Notes under the pieces: generated by a model
What the model saw: the letters and a program-made list of their open reading frames with translations, nothing else
Told to the model about the DNA's origin: nothing
Database searches by the model: none
Source: Escherichia coli
Lineage (GTDB): Bacteria; Pseudomonadota; Gammaproteobacteria; Enterobacterales; Enterobacteriaceae
NCBI RefSeq assembly: GCF_045037415.1
Contig: NZ_CP173438.1
Reading direction: 5' to 3' (one strand)
Length of the DNA stretch: 64,000 nt
Shown here: in pieces, positions 46,903 through 56,515 of the stretch
Numbering within the stretch: the stretch's first letter is position 1
Layout of the letters: the number at the start of each line of letters is the position of its first letter
Position numbers and translations under genes: made by a program

Positions 46903-46940
46903 GGTGGCTTAGCCAGGCTAAGCCACCGTTCTCGTTTTTT
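46903..46940. terminator. Bidirectional terminator between yigF and corA
   Basis: ggtggcttagcc-agg-ctaagccacc stem followed by gttctcgtttttt. Confidence 0.6.
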
Positions 46941-47889
46941 ACAGCCAGTTCTTCCGCTTAAAGTACAGATACGGTGCCAGGCCCGCGAGGATCATAAAGA
47001 TAATCGCGCCTGGGTAGCCGAAGCTCCACTTCAGTTCCGGCATAAACTCAAAGTTCATCCCGTAGCTGGAAGCGACCAGCGTCGGTGGCAGGAACACCAC
47101 GGATACCACCGAGAAGATTTTGATGATGCGGTTCTGCTCGATATTGATAAAGCCCATCGCCGCCTGCATCAGGAAGTTCACCTTCTGGAACAGGGATTCG
47201 TTATGCGGCAGCAGGGATTCGATATCTCGCAGGATTTCACGCGCCTGCTCCAGTTGCCCACCCGGTAAGCGTGCTTTACGTACCAGGAAGTTGAGCGCGC
47301 GCTGGGTATCCATCAGACACAGGCGAACTTTCCAGCCGATATCTTCCAGTTCCGCCAGCGTGGAGAGCGCCTCGTCGTACTCATCGCCCTGATGCCCTTC
47401 CATAATTACCCGGCTCAACTGCTCCAGGTCGCTGTAGATATTTTCAATTTCATCTGCCAACTGTTCGATTTTGGTTTCGAACAGATCCAGCAGCAGCTCG
47501 TAGGCGTTACCGTCCACCATTGACTGGCTACGGGCACGCATACGATACAGACGAAAAGCGGGCAGTTCACGCTCACGCAGAGTAAACAGACGACCATCAC
47601 GGATGGTAAATGCCACAGTGGAGTTACCGGCGTGATCTTCCGCATCTTCAAAGAAGAAGAAGGAGTGAATATGCAGGCCGTCATCGTCTTCAAAGAAACG
47701 TGCCGATGCTTCGATGTCTTCCAGTTCCGGGCGGGTTGCCAGGCTCTGGCCAAGTTCAGATTGTACGCGCAGTCGCTCGTCGTCGTCCGGTTCGACAAGA
47801 TCAATCCATACTGCATTTACAAGGGGTTGTGACTCTTCGACTTCCAGCCGGGTCAGTCGGTTATTTTCCAGTTGAAATGCGCTCAGCAT
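46939..47889 (-). CDS. corA: Magnesium/cobalt transport protein CorA
   Basis: Matches CorA from [15 protein letters not shown] (316 aa), including the GMN motif ([11 protein letters not shown]). Confidence 0.9.
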   Translation of the reverse strand: MLSAFQLENNRLTRLEVEESQPLVNAVWIDLVEPDDDERLRVQSELGQSLATRPELEDIEASARFFEDDDGLHIHSFFFFEDAEDHAGNSTVAFTIRDGRLFTLRERELPAFRLYRMRARSQSMVDGNAYELLLDLFETKIEQLADEIENIYSDLEQLSRVIMEGHQGDEYDEALSTLAELEDIGWKVRLCLMDTQRALNFLVRKARLPGGQLEQAREILRDIESLLPHNESLFQKVNFLMQAAMGFINIEQNRIIKIFSVVSVVFLPPTLVASSYGMNFEFMPELKWSFGYPGAIIFMILAGLAPYLYFKRKNWL

Positions 47890-48258
47890 GACCGGGACTC
47901 CCAATGCTTAAAATATCGGACAGTTCGGTGGGCACACAGAAACAAATTGGGTTTCAGACCATTAAACAGCCTGACTCAGCGCGACGGGAAAAATTGAGGT
48001 CGCTGACAACCGCTAAGGCTATCAGCAAAAAGGGATAGCCTTAGGAGTTGATCCTGGATGACAGGATAGTGAGCCAGTATCTACTGGGTGTGTCCAAGGC
48101 GAATGTCCTCTTAGAGTGATCGTGCGCGCATGTTACGCCAGCAAAATTTTGCCGTCAACACGCAACAGAACACCACAGAACAATAGTTGAACTTCGCGCT
48201 TTTTGGTACTCGTCAAGGTCGCTAACAGGATAAAAAAATCCCACATTCAGGGCCTATA

Positions 48259-49023
48259 ATGGCGCATCGGCTATTCATTGGTAAAGGAATGATCACCTTG
48301 AATCTCAAACGGATTTTTCTCACCCTCACCTTACTTCCCTTGTTTGCTGTTGCCGCTGATGATTGCGCACCCTCAGATCCGACGCTGACCGTACAGGCGT
48401 ATACCGTTAATCCTCAAACAGAGCGGGTGAAAATGTACTGGCAAAAAGCCAATGGCGAAGCGTGGGGAACGTTACATGCGCTGCTGGCGGATATTAATAG
48501 TCAGGGTCAGGTGCAGATGGCGATGAACGGCGGCATCTATGATGAAAGCTATGCGCCGCTCGGTTTGTACATCGAAAACGGTCAGCAGAAGGTGGCGTTA
48601 AATCTCGCTTCAGGTGAAGGGAATTTCTTTATTCGCCCTGGCGGCGTGTTTTATGTCGCGGGAGATAAAGTCGGCATCGTTCGTCTGGATGCCTTTAAAA
48701 CCAGTAAAGAGATTCAGTTTGCGGTGCAGTCAGGGCCATTGTTGATGGAAAACGGTGTAATTAATCCGCGTATTCATCCCAACGTCGCCTCACGTAAAAT
48801 TCGTAACGGTGTTGGGATTAATAAACATGGGAACGCCGTGTTTTTGCTGAGCCAGCAGGCGACAAATTTTTATGATTTTGCCTGTTATGCCAAAGCGAAA
48901 CTGAACGTTGAGCAGCTGCTTTATCTTGATGGCACAATTTCACATATGTATATGAAAGGCGAGGCAATCCCGTGGCAACGCTATCCTTTTGTCACCATGA
49001 TTTCCGTCGAGCAGAAAGGTTAA
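48259..49023 (+). CDS. yigE: DUF2233-family secreted protein YigE
   Basis: 254 aa with N-terminal signal-like hydrophobic segment, matches YigE. Confidence 0.8.
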   Translation: MAHRLFIGKGMITLNLKRIFLTLTLLPLFAVAADDCAPSDPTLTVQAYTVNPQTERVKMYWQKANGEAWGTLHALLADINSQGQVQMAMNGGIYDESYAPLGLYIENGQQKVALNLASGEGNFFIRPGGVFYVAGDKVGIVRLDAFKTSKEIQFAVQSGPLLMENGVINPRIHPNVASRKIRNGVGINKHGNAVFLLSQQATNFYDFACYAKAKLNVEQLLYLDGTISHMYMKGEAIPWQRYPFVTMISVEQKG

Positions 49024-49105
49024 ACATTGTACACTCGAGGAGGCCAGACAAACTGGGGCTGGCTACACAGCTGGAAAATCATCAGATAAATGAAGGGAAA
49101 CAAAA

Positions 49106-50008
49106 ATGAAAAAAACGCTCGCAACATTATTTTTATTAACCTGTCTGGGGTCATCATCCGCTTATGCGGATAACGCTTTGATTTTACAAACGGATTTTAG
49201 CCTGAAAGATGGTGCCGTCTCGGCGATGAAAGGGGTCGCATTCGGTGTTGACCATAATCTTAAAATCTTTGATTTAACACACGAAATTCCACCGTATAAC
49301 ATCTGGGAAGGCGCTTATCGCCTGTATCAGACTGCCAGTTACTGGCCGCAAGGTTCGGTGTTTGTTAGCGTGGTCGATCCAGGTGTTGGTACAGACCGTA
49401 AATCGGTAGTGCTGAAAACCAAAAACGGTCAGTACTTCGTTTCACCAGATAACGGTACGCTCACGTTGGTGGCGGAATCGCTGGGTATTGAGAGCGTCCG
49501 GCAAATCGATGAAAAAACCAACCGTCTGAAAGGTTCCGAAAAGTCATATACCTTCCATGGTCGTGATGTATATGCCTACACCGGTGCGCGTCTGGCTTCC
49601 GGGGCGATCACGTTCGAGCAGGTGGGGCCAGAGCTTCCTGCAAAAGTTGTCGAACTTTCTTATCAGAAAGCCAAAGCAACAAAAGGTGAAGTGAAGGGCA
49701 ATATCCCGATTCTCGATATTCAGTACGGCAACGTCTGGAGCAATATCAGCGACGAGTTGCTGAATCAGGCAGGAATCAAACTCAACGACACGTTGTGTGT
49801 GACCATTTCCGAAGGTTCCCAGCAAAAATACGCAGGGAAAATGCCGTATGTCGCAAGCTTCGGCGATGTGCCGGAAGGCCAGCCGATGGTGTATCTGAAC
49901 AGCTTATTGAATGTTTCCGTGGCGCTGAATATGGATAATTTCGCGCAGAAACATCAGGTTGCGTCTGGTGCTGACTGGAATATTGATGTGAAGAAGTGCG
50001 CTAAGTAA
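49106..50008 (+). CDS. DUF62 / SAM hydroxide adenosyltransferase-family protein with N-terminal signal peptide
   Basis: 300 aa; signal peptide MKKTLATLFLLTCLGSSSAYA; DUF62 N-terminal motif LILQTDFSLKDGAVSAMKGVAFGV. Confidence 0.65.
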   Translation: MKKTLATLFLLTCLGSSSAYADNALILQTDFSLKDGAVSAMKGVAFGVDHNLKIFDLTHEIPPYNIWEGAYRLYQTASYWPQGSVFVSVVDPGVGTDRKSVVLKTKNGQYFVSPDNGTLTLVAESLGIESVRQIDEKTNRLKGSEKSYTFHGRDVYAYTGARLASGAITFEQVGPELPAKVVELSYQKAKATKGEVKGNIPILDIQYGNVWSNISDELLNQAGIKLNDTLCVTISEGSQQKYAGKMPYVASFGDVPEGQPMVYLNSLLNVSVALNMDNFAQKHQVASGADWNIDVKKCAK

Positions 50009-50017
50009 GGTGCTGAT

Positions 50018-50049
50018 GCCGGATGCGGTGTAGCGCACCGCATCCGGCA
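50018..50049. repeat. REP element
   Basis: gccggatgcggtg-tagc-gcaccgcatccggc palindrome between the DUF62 gene and the uvrD 3' end. Confidence 0.6.
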
Positions 50050-50062
50050 ACGGAATCGTAAA

Positions 50063-52225
50063 TTACACCGTCTCCAGTCGGGCGTAAGCCGCCACCAGCC
50101 ATTTAATACCCTGGCCCTGGAATGCCACCTGCAAACGGCTATGCTCGCCGCTGCCTTCCATATTGACGATGGTGCCTTCACCAAACTTAGCGTGGCGTAC
50201 GCGCTGGCCGAGCTTGTAGCCGCTGTCGTTCTCGACCATCGGCGTCCCCATACGCTGATGGCTGACCGGGCGGCTTACCGTGGCGCGCAGGCGCACCTCT
50301 TCCACACACTCTTCCGGCAACTCACCGATAAAGCGCGACGGGCGATGGTAAACCTCTTTGCCATATAGACGGCGGGTTTCCGCGTAGGTCAGCGTCAGTT
50401 TCTGCATCGCGCGGGTTACGCCAACGTAGGCCAGACGGCGTTCTTCTTCCAGACGCCCGCCTTCATCTAGCGACATCTGGCTTGGGAACATGCCCTCTTC
50501 CATACCAACGATAAACACCTGCGGGAATTCCAGACCTTTCGCCGAGTGTAGCGTCATCAACTGCACCGCGTCCTGCCAGGTATCCGCCTGCCCCTCGCCC
50601 GCTTCCAGCGCCGCATGGGAGAGGAATGCCTGCAGCGGCATTAAATCTTCGTCTTCTTCGTTGTAGCTGAACTGGCGCGTTGCCGTCACCAGTTCCTCTA
50701 AGTTTTCGATACGCGTCTGACCTTTTTCGCCCTTCTCCTGCTCGTACATGGTGCGCAGGCCGGAGTCTTTAATTACCCGGTCAGTCTGTACATGCAGCGG
50801 CATATCGGCAGTTTCCTGCGCTAAGGCGTCGATCAGCTCCATAAACCGCTGTAAGGCGCTGGCAGCACGTCCGGCGAGGGCTTTTTCCTGCAACAGTTCA
50901 CGACATGCCTGCCAGAGTGTTAACTGGCGATCTCGCGATGTCTGACGTACCACGTCCAGCGTCCGGTCACCAATACCCCGCGTTGGCGTATTCACCACAC
51001 GCTCAAAGGCCGCGTCGTCGTTGCGGTTGGCAATCAGGCGCAGATACGAGAGCGCATCTTTGATTTCCTGGCGTTCGAAGAAGCGCATCCCGCCGTAAAT
51101 ACGATACGGCATACTCGCCTGCAATAACGCCTCTTCCAGCACACGCGACTGGGCGTTGCTGCGGTAGAGAATGGCGCACTCAGCGAGCGCCCCGCCGTTG
51201 TCCTGCCAGGTTTTGATGCGATTAACCACAAAACGCGCTTCGTCGAGTTCGTTAAAAGCGCAATAAAGGGAAATCGGCTCACCGTCCGCGCCATCGGTCC
51301 ACAGTTTTTTACCCAAACGCCCGTTGTTGTTTTCAATCAGGGCGTTCGCGGCGCTCAGAATATTGCTGGTAGAGCGGTAGTTCTGCTCCAGACGGATAGT
51401 TTCAGCACCGGGGAAATCATTGAGGAAACGCTGAATATTCTCCACCTGCGCTCCGCGCCAGCCGTAGATTGACTGATCGTCATCGCCAACGATCATCACT
51501 TTGCCGGTATCGCCCGCCAGCAGGCGGATCCACGCATACTGAATGTTGTTGGTATCCTGGAATTCGTCCACCAGGATATTGGTAAACCGTTCGCGATAGT
51601 GCTGAAGGATATGCGGCTTGTTAAGCCACAACTCGTGAGCACGTAGCAGCAGCTCGGCGAAGTCCACCAGGCCCGCGCGGTCACACGCTTCCTGATACGC
51701 CTGATACACCTTCTGCCAGGTCTGCTCCACCGGATTACCGTAGCTCTGAATATGATGCGGACGCAGCCCCTCATCTTTCTGGCTGTTGATGTACCACATT
51801 GCCTGACGCGGCGGCCACTGCTTCTCGTCGAGATTCATCGCCTTGATCAAACGCTTAAGCAGACGTAGCTGGTCTTCACTGTCGAGGATCTGGAAATCCT
51901 GCGGCAGGTTGGCGTCCATATGGTGCGCACGCAGCAGGCGGTGCGCCAGCCCGTGGAAGGTGCCGACCCACATACCGCCCTGGCTAGTGCCCATCAGTTG
52001 CCCGATACGATGACGCATCTCCGCCGCCGCTTTGTTGGTAAACGTCACCGCCATAATCGAATACGGCGAGCAGTTTTCCACGCTCATCAACCAGGCGATA
52101 CGATGCACCAGTACGCGCGTCTTACCACTGCCCGCGCCCGCCAGCACCAGAAGGTTGCTGCGTGGCGCGGCCACCGCTTCGCGCTGTTTGTCATTAAGGC
52201 TGTCGAGCAGGTAAGAAACGTCCAT
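50063..52225 (-). CDS. uvrD: DNA helicase II
   Basis: 720 aa from MDVSYLLDSLNDKQREAV (the ORF track extends 62 codons upstream); Walker A AGAGSGKT. Confidence 0.95.
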   Translation of the reverse strand: MDVSYLLDSLNDKQREAVAAPRSNLLVLAGAGSGKTRVLVHRIAWLMSVENCSPYSIMAVTFTNKAAAEMRHRIGQLMGTSQGGMWVGTFHGLAHRLLRAHHMDANLPQDFQILDSEDQLRLLKRLIKAMNLDEKQWPPRQAMWYINSQKDEGLRPHHIQSYGNPVEQTWQKVYQAYQEACDRAGLVDFAELLLRAHELWLNKPHILQHYRERFTNILVDEFQDTNNIQYAWIRLLAGDTGKVMIVGDDDQSIYGWRGAQVENIQRFLNDFPGAETIRLEQNYRSTSNILSAANALIENNNGRLGKKLWTDGADGEPISLYCAFNELDEARFVVNRIKTWQDNGGALAECAILYRSNAQSRVLEEALLQASMPYRIYGGMRFFERQEIKDALSYLRLIANRNDDAAFERVVNTPTRGIGDRTLDVVRQTSRDRQLTLWQACRELLQEKALAGRAASALQRFMELIDALAQETADMPLHVQTDRVIKDSGLRTMYEQEKGEKGQTRIENLEELVTATRQFSYNEEDEDLMPLQAFLSHAALEAGEGQADTWQDAVQLMTLHSAKGLEFPQVFIVGMEEGMFPSQMSLDEGGRLEEERRLAYVGVTRAMQKLTLTYAETRRLYGKEVYHRPSRFIGELPEECVEEVRLRATVSRPVSHQRMGTPMVENDSGYKLGQRVRHAKFGEGTIVNMEGSGEHSRLQVAFQGQGIKWLVAAYARLETV

Positions 52226-52280
52226 TGGCACCGCCGCGTAAAAATAGGTTGGGCGGAGAAGCGCAACGCCCTCCGCCAAA

Positions 52281-52300
52281 AAGCTGGGTATATATACAGA
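52281..52300 (-). promoter_or_regulatory. LexA (SOS) box of the uvrD promoter
   Basis: Minus-strand atCTGTatatatacCCAGct, i.e. CTGT-N8-CCAG, one mismatch from the CTGT-N8-ACAG consensus, about 55 bp upstream of the uvrD start. Confidence 0.6.
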
Positions 52301-52308
52301 TTTGCTGA

Positions 52309-53025
52309 TTATATCAGCGAGGTCAGAGATGCCAACCGGGAAATTTCCAGATGCGGCAGTAAACGGCTGTCCCAGGTTTGCATCAGATCGCCATTTTCCG
52401 GTCTGATCCAACAGGCCTGCATTCCGCTGCGAATTGCCCCACCCACGTCAGTGGTGAGATCGTCCCCGACATGTAAGATCTCGCCGATCGGCACGTTGAG
52501 TTTTTCCGCCGCCAGGAAGTACATATCGCTGAACGGTTTTGAGCGCCCGTGCGGGCCAGCGCGCAGCACAAACTCAAAATAATCCCCCAAACCAAACAGT
52601 TCCGGCTGGGCGTTACCGTTGGTGATCGCCACCAGCGGCCATTTCTTCGCCAGCTGTTTTAAGGTGTCGTGGGTTTGCTGCGGGACGTCGATCCGGCTGC
52701 GCCATTTGGCAAAGTTGATCATTGCTGCATGTGCGCCTGCACTGGCTTCTTCGGCACTCAGCCCGGCGTCGAGCATCGCTTGTTCAATCGAACGAAAACG
52801 CCAGCGCGTCACGTCGTGATAAATCTCAGGTTCCGCTTCCCGTACCGCCTGGCGCAGGCGTTGCAGATCTTCATTCTGGAAGCTGCGCAGCGCCGGATGA
52901 TAATTTTGCACAAAGGTAAGCGCCTCTCGCTCGGTGCGCAAAATCACCGGACGGTTATCGTAAAGGGTATCATCCAGGTCAAAGGTGAGCGCCGAGATGC
53001 GCCCCAAAGGCCGGTAAAAACGCAT
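52309..53025 (-). CDS. yigB: HAD-family phosphatase YigB
   Basis: 238 aa, HAD motif I (LTFDLDDTL), matches YigB. Confidence 0.85.
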
Positions 53026-53921
53026 TATTTCCCCCGTTTGGCGCGTGGATGCGCCGCATCGTACACCGAGGCAAGGTGTTGAAAATCAAGATGAGTATAG
53101 ATTTGCGTGGTGGAGAGGTTGGCATGACCCAGCAGCTCCTGCACACCACGAAGATCGCCGCTCGACTCCAGCATATGGGTAGCGAACGAGTGACGTAATT
53201 TATGCGGGTGAACGTGATTATTCAGCCCTTGTTTTATGCCCCATTCGGCAAAGCGTTTCTGCACATTACGCGCGGAGATGCGTTTGCCCAGTTTCGACAG
53301 AAAAAGCGCGTCGTCTTCGCTACCAAACAGGTCGCGCAAATCAAGCCAGTGCTCAATCCACGCCACGGCGTTGCGACCAATCGGCAGGCGGCGCTCTTTG
53401 CTGCCTTTTCCCATCACCCACACTTCGCCAGACTCCAGGTCGAGGTGTTTGATATCGAGCCCCACCAGCTCGGAAAGACGCAGACCCGCGCCGTACATCA
53501 CTTCCAGCATTGCCCGATCGCGCACGGCGAGGGGATCGTTGATATCAATATCCAGCAGCCGATTCATATCATCGACGTCGATGTTTTTCGGCAGATGACG
53601 CGGCGCTTTCGGTGCCGAAACACCTTTCGCCGGGTTAGCTTTGAGTTCATTCTGGCTGACCAGCCAGTCAAAAAAGCTACGTAGCGCAGAAAGCCGTAAC
53701 GCCAGACTTGCAGCTCCCAGCCCTTTACGGCGACTGCGTACAGCAAAATTACGCACCATCGTCACATCACATTGCTGCCAGCTTTGCAGGCCGTTTTCGC
53801 TGGCAAAATGGATGATCGCCTCAAGCTGTCGCTGGTAGTTAAGCAGGGTTATCGGGCTAAGCTGGCGCTCCACGCTCAGATAACGTAGGTAGCGTTCTAC
53901 ATCGGTGTGTAAATCGGTCAT
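53025..53921 (-). CDS. xerC: Tyrosine site-specific recombinase XerC
   Basis: 298 aa, matches XerC (C-terminal [10 protein letters not shown]...[14 protein letters not shown] with catalytic Tyr). Confidence 0.95.
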
Positions 53922-54625
53922 ACGCGTTCAATCCAACGCGCCAGAAGCTCCGGCAACATCAGCGCAATTTCATGAAGTAACTGCGTTCCCTGCCCTTGTT
54001 GATAGTGACTGGCATCGCGACTGGTAAACAGCACAACCCCCAAATCAGCATCGCTTCCCAGCATCGACATCGCCACCGATCCCACCGCTTTCGCTTCCGG
54101 TAGCACCACCAGCAGCTCCGGTCCGTTAAGCGGTCCCAGATAGTGCTGTTCCTGCCCCAGACGCTGAATACGCAGCGGTTCGAAAGACTGACGGCTTAAT
54201 GCCAGATGAGTGTGGTTCGACGGCGCACCTAAGCGCCAGCGATCTGGAAACAGGCGCAGACTCGCACCTGCCAGGCCGAGATCGCGCGCCCAGCGGTGAA
54301 AGCGCATCAGCATATCATCGAGACTGCTGGCGGCGGTGAGACTGCGCTGCAGGTAGAGTAGACGATAAAACAGGCCTTCGTTGGCGATAGCCTGTTCCAT
54401 CAACAACGCCATGTTCTCTTCCAGAACATGAATATGATTACGTGCGCGGGCCATGTGCCACTCGACCAACGAAACGGTGCCGCGTACCGGATGCGGCACA
54501 CGTATCGCTTCTACTGCGCGCGCATTGCGGATAAAAAACTCAGGATTTTTAATCAGATAATCGACAACCGCCCGGTCATCAAGCTCCGTGAGTGTTTCCT
54601 GCAGTTCTTCCCCTGGTTGCTTCAT
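53918..54625 (-). CDS. yigA: DUF484-family protein YigA
   Basis: 235 aa, 4-bp overlaps with both xerC and dapF as in the dapF-yigA-xerC-yigB operon. Confidence 0.8.
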   Translation of the reverse strand: MKQPGEELQETLTELDDRAVVDYLIKNPEFFIRNARAVEAIRVPHPVRGTVSLVEWHMARARNHIHVLEENMALLMEQAIANEGLFYRLLYLQRSLTAASSLDDMLMRFHRWARDLGLAGASLRLFPDRWRLGAPSNHTHLALSRQSFEPLRIQRLGQEQHYLGPLNGPELLVVLPEAKAVGSVAMSMLGSDADLGVVLFTSRDASHYQQGQGTQLLHEIALMLPELLARWIERV

Positions 54626-55446
54626 AGATGAATAAATCCGTCGTAGACATGTACCGCCGGGCCAGTCATATATAACGGGTGACCCGGACCTTTCCAGGCG
54701 ATATCAAGACGACCGCCAGGGAGTTCCACGCGTACTTCTTCGGCCAGCAAACCTTGCTGAATCCCTACCGCCACCGCCGCACACGCGCCGCTGCCGCAGG
54801 CCTGGGTTTCTCCTGCCCCACGCTCATAAACGCGTAAACGAATATGCTCGCGCTTAACCACTTGCATAAAACCGATATTGGCGCGCTCCGGAAAACGTTC
54901 GTGGCTTTCCAGAACAGGACCAAGCGTTTCTACCGCCGCAGTATCAACATCATCAACCTGAATCACGCAGTGCGGATTTCCCATCGACACCACGCCGCAT
55001 AAGATTGTCTGCTCGGCGGCGCGCATAATATAGGTCTTTTCCGCTTTGTTAGCGCGAAATGGCACGGCAGAAGGTTCGAAGTTGGGTTCGCCCATATTGA
55101 CGCGGACCAGATCATCATCGGTGACGGTCAACACCATCCGTCCGTTGGCGGTGCTGACGCGGATATCGCGCTTATTGGTCAGCCCTTTCAGGCGCACAAA
55201 ACGGGCAAAGCAGCGCGCACCGTTGCCGCACTGCGCTACTTCACTGCCATCAGCATTGAAAATGCGATAGTGAAAATCCAGTTCCGGATCATACGGTGGC
55301 TCAACCACCAGCAGCTGGTCAAACCCTATCCCCAGGTGCCGATCCGCCAGGCGACGAATCAGCTCCGGTGAAAAAAAGACATTCTGCGTTACCGCGTCGA
55401 CGACCATAAAATCGTTGCCAAGGCCATGCATTTTCGAGAACTGCAT
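54622..55446 (-). CDS. dapF: Diaminopimelate epimerase
   Basis: 274 aa from [17 protein letters not shown]; catalytic Cys motifs GNGARC and CGSGACA. Confidence 0.95.
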   Translation of the reverse strand: MQFSKMHGLGNDFMVVDAVTQNVFFSPELIRRLADRHLGIGFDQLLVVEPPYDPELDFHYRIFNADGSEVAQCGNGARCFARFVRLKGLTNKRDIRVSTANGRMVLTVTDDDLVRVNMGEPNFEPSAVPFRANKAEKTYIMRAAEQTILCGVVSMGNPHCVIQVDDVDTAAVETLGPVLESHERFPERANIGFMQVVKREHIRLRVYERGAGETQACGSGACAAVAVGIQQGLLAEEVRVELPGGRLDIAWKGPGHPLYMTGPAVHVYDGFIHL

Positions 55447-55482
55447 CATTTACTCCAATCACGCGGGTACAGAAACTGACTT

Positions 55483-55686
55483 TTAGTAATTCACCTGGGA
55501 TGGACCATCGCCAGTGGCGCGGTCGTTTTTGTCCGGCACCGTGGATTGCGTTTGCGTCTCTACCGGTTTGGTCGGCGGCGGTGCGTTTTTATCTGCAGGC
55601 GGGAAATAGAGCGGACCTTTCAGACCGCAGCCCGTCAGGCTGAAGAGAGTAAGTAATACAGTGAGTGCCTTAAACACGTTTTTCAT
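55483..55686 (-). CDS. yifL: Small lipoprotein YifL
   Basis: 67 aa with lipobox LTGC, Pro-rich tail. Confidence 0.8.
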   Translation of the reverse strand: MKNVFKALTVLLTLFSLTGCGLKGPLYFPPADKNAPPPTKPVETQTQSTVPDKNDRATGDGPSQVNY

Positions 55687-56155
55687 TATGGATTGCCTGT
55701 AAAGTTCATCGCTTTCTGCTTTCTATCATCGCAGGAGAAGGCGTAAAAGCAAGCGTTTAGCGACTCTTTATGAAGTCTGAAAAGTGAGGAAATGCTGCGA
55801 GTATAACGCTTACTCGTGGCGATTTATGTTTTGCTGGTAGTTTCGTGATCGGCACCTCGCGCCAGGATGGCTTTATGCACTATCGCAATGTGGTTTGTTT
55901 ATTGTCTTGTTCGTTGTTCTTATCATCGGCATGGGGATGTCGGCTTGATGAGCCGGAACATAATATTTACCAGAAACAGGGAAAAGGCGTGGTGTATTTG
56001 CGCCCTTATGAAAAGACCAATCTTTCGCTATATAGAGATATTATTATTCCGGTGACGGATGAATCATGCCGGAACGCAGCAGCAGACGGGCAAACTTTGA
56101 AGCCCTGACCCCATGCCGCTATACTGCCGCCATCACTTAAAAACAGGATACAACA

Positions 56156-56476
56156 ATGAACGACAGTGAATTTCATCGCCTGGCTGATCAACTGTGGCTG
56201 ACCATTGAAGAACGTCTGGACGACTGGGATGGCGACAGCGATATCGACTGTGAAATCAACGGCGGTGTACTAACCATTACCTTTGAGAACGGCAGCAAAA
56301 TCATTATCAACCGCCAGGAACCACTGCACCAGGTATGGCTGGCAACCAAACAGGGCGGCTACCATTTTGATCTGAAAGGCGATGAGTGGATTTGCGATCG
56401 CAGCGGCGAAACCTTCTGGGATTTGCTGGAACAGGCGGCGACGCAGCAGGCGGGAGAAACCGTCAGTTTTCGTTAA
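56156..56476 (+). CDS. cyaY: Frataxin homologue CyaY
   Basis: 106 aa acidic protein, matches CyaY. Confidence 0.9.
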
Positions 56477-56478
56477 GA

Positions 56479-56514
56479 GCTAATGCCGGATAAGCCTCGC
56501 TTTCCGGCATTAGC
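56479..56514. terminator. Bidirectional hairpin between convergent cyaY and cyaA
   Basis: gctaatgccgga-N12-tccggcattagc inverted repeat between the two stop codons. Confidence 0.5.
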
Positions 56515-56515
56515 A

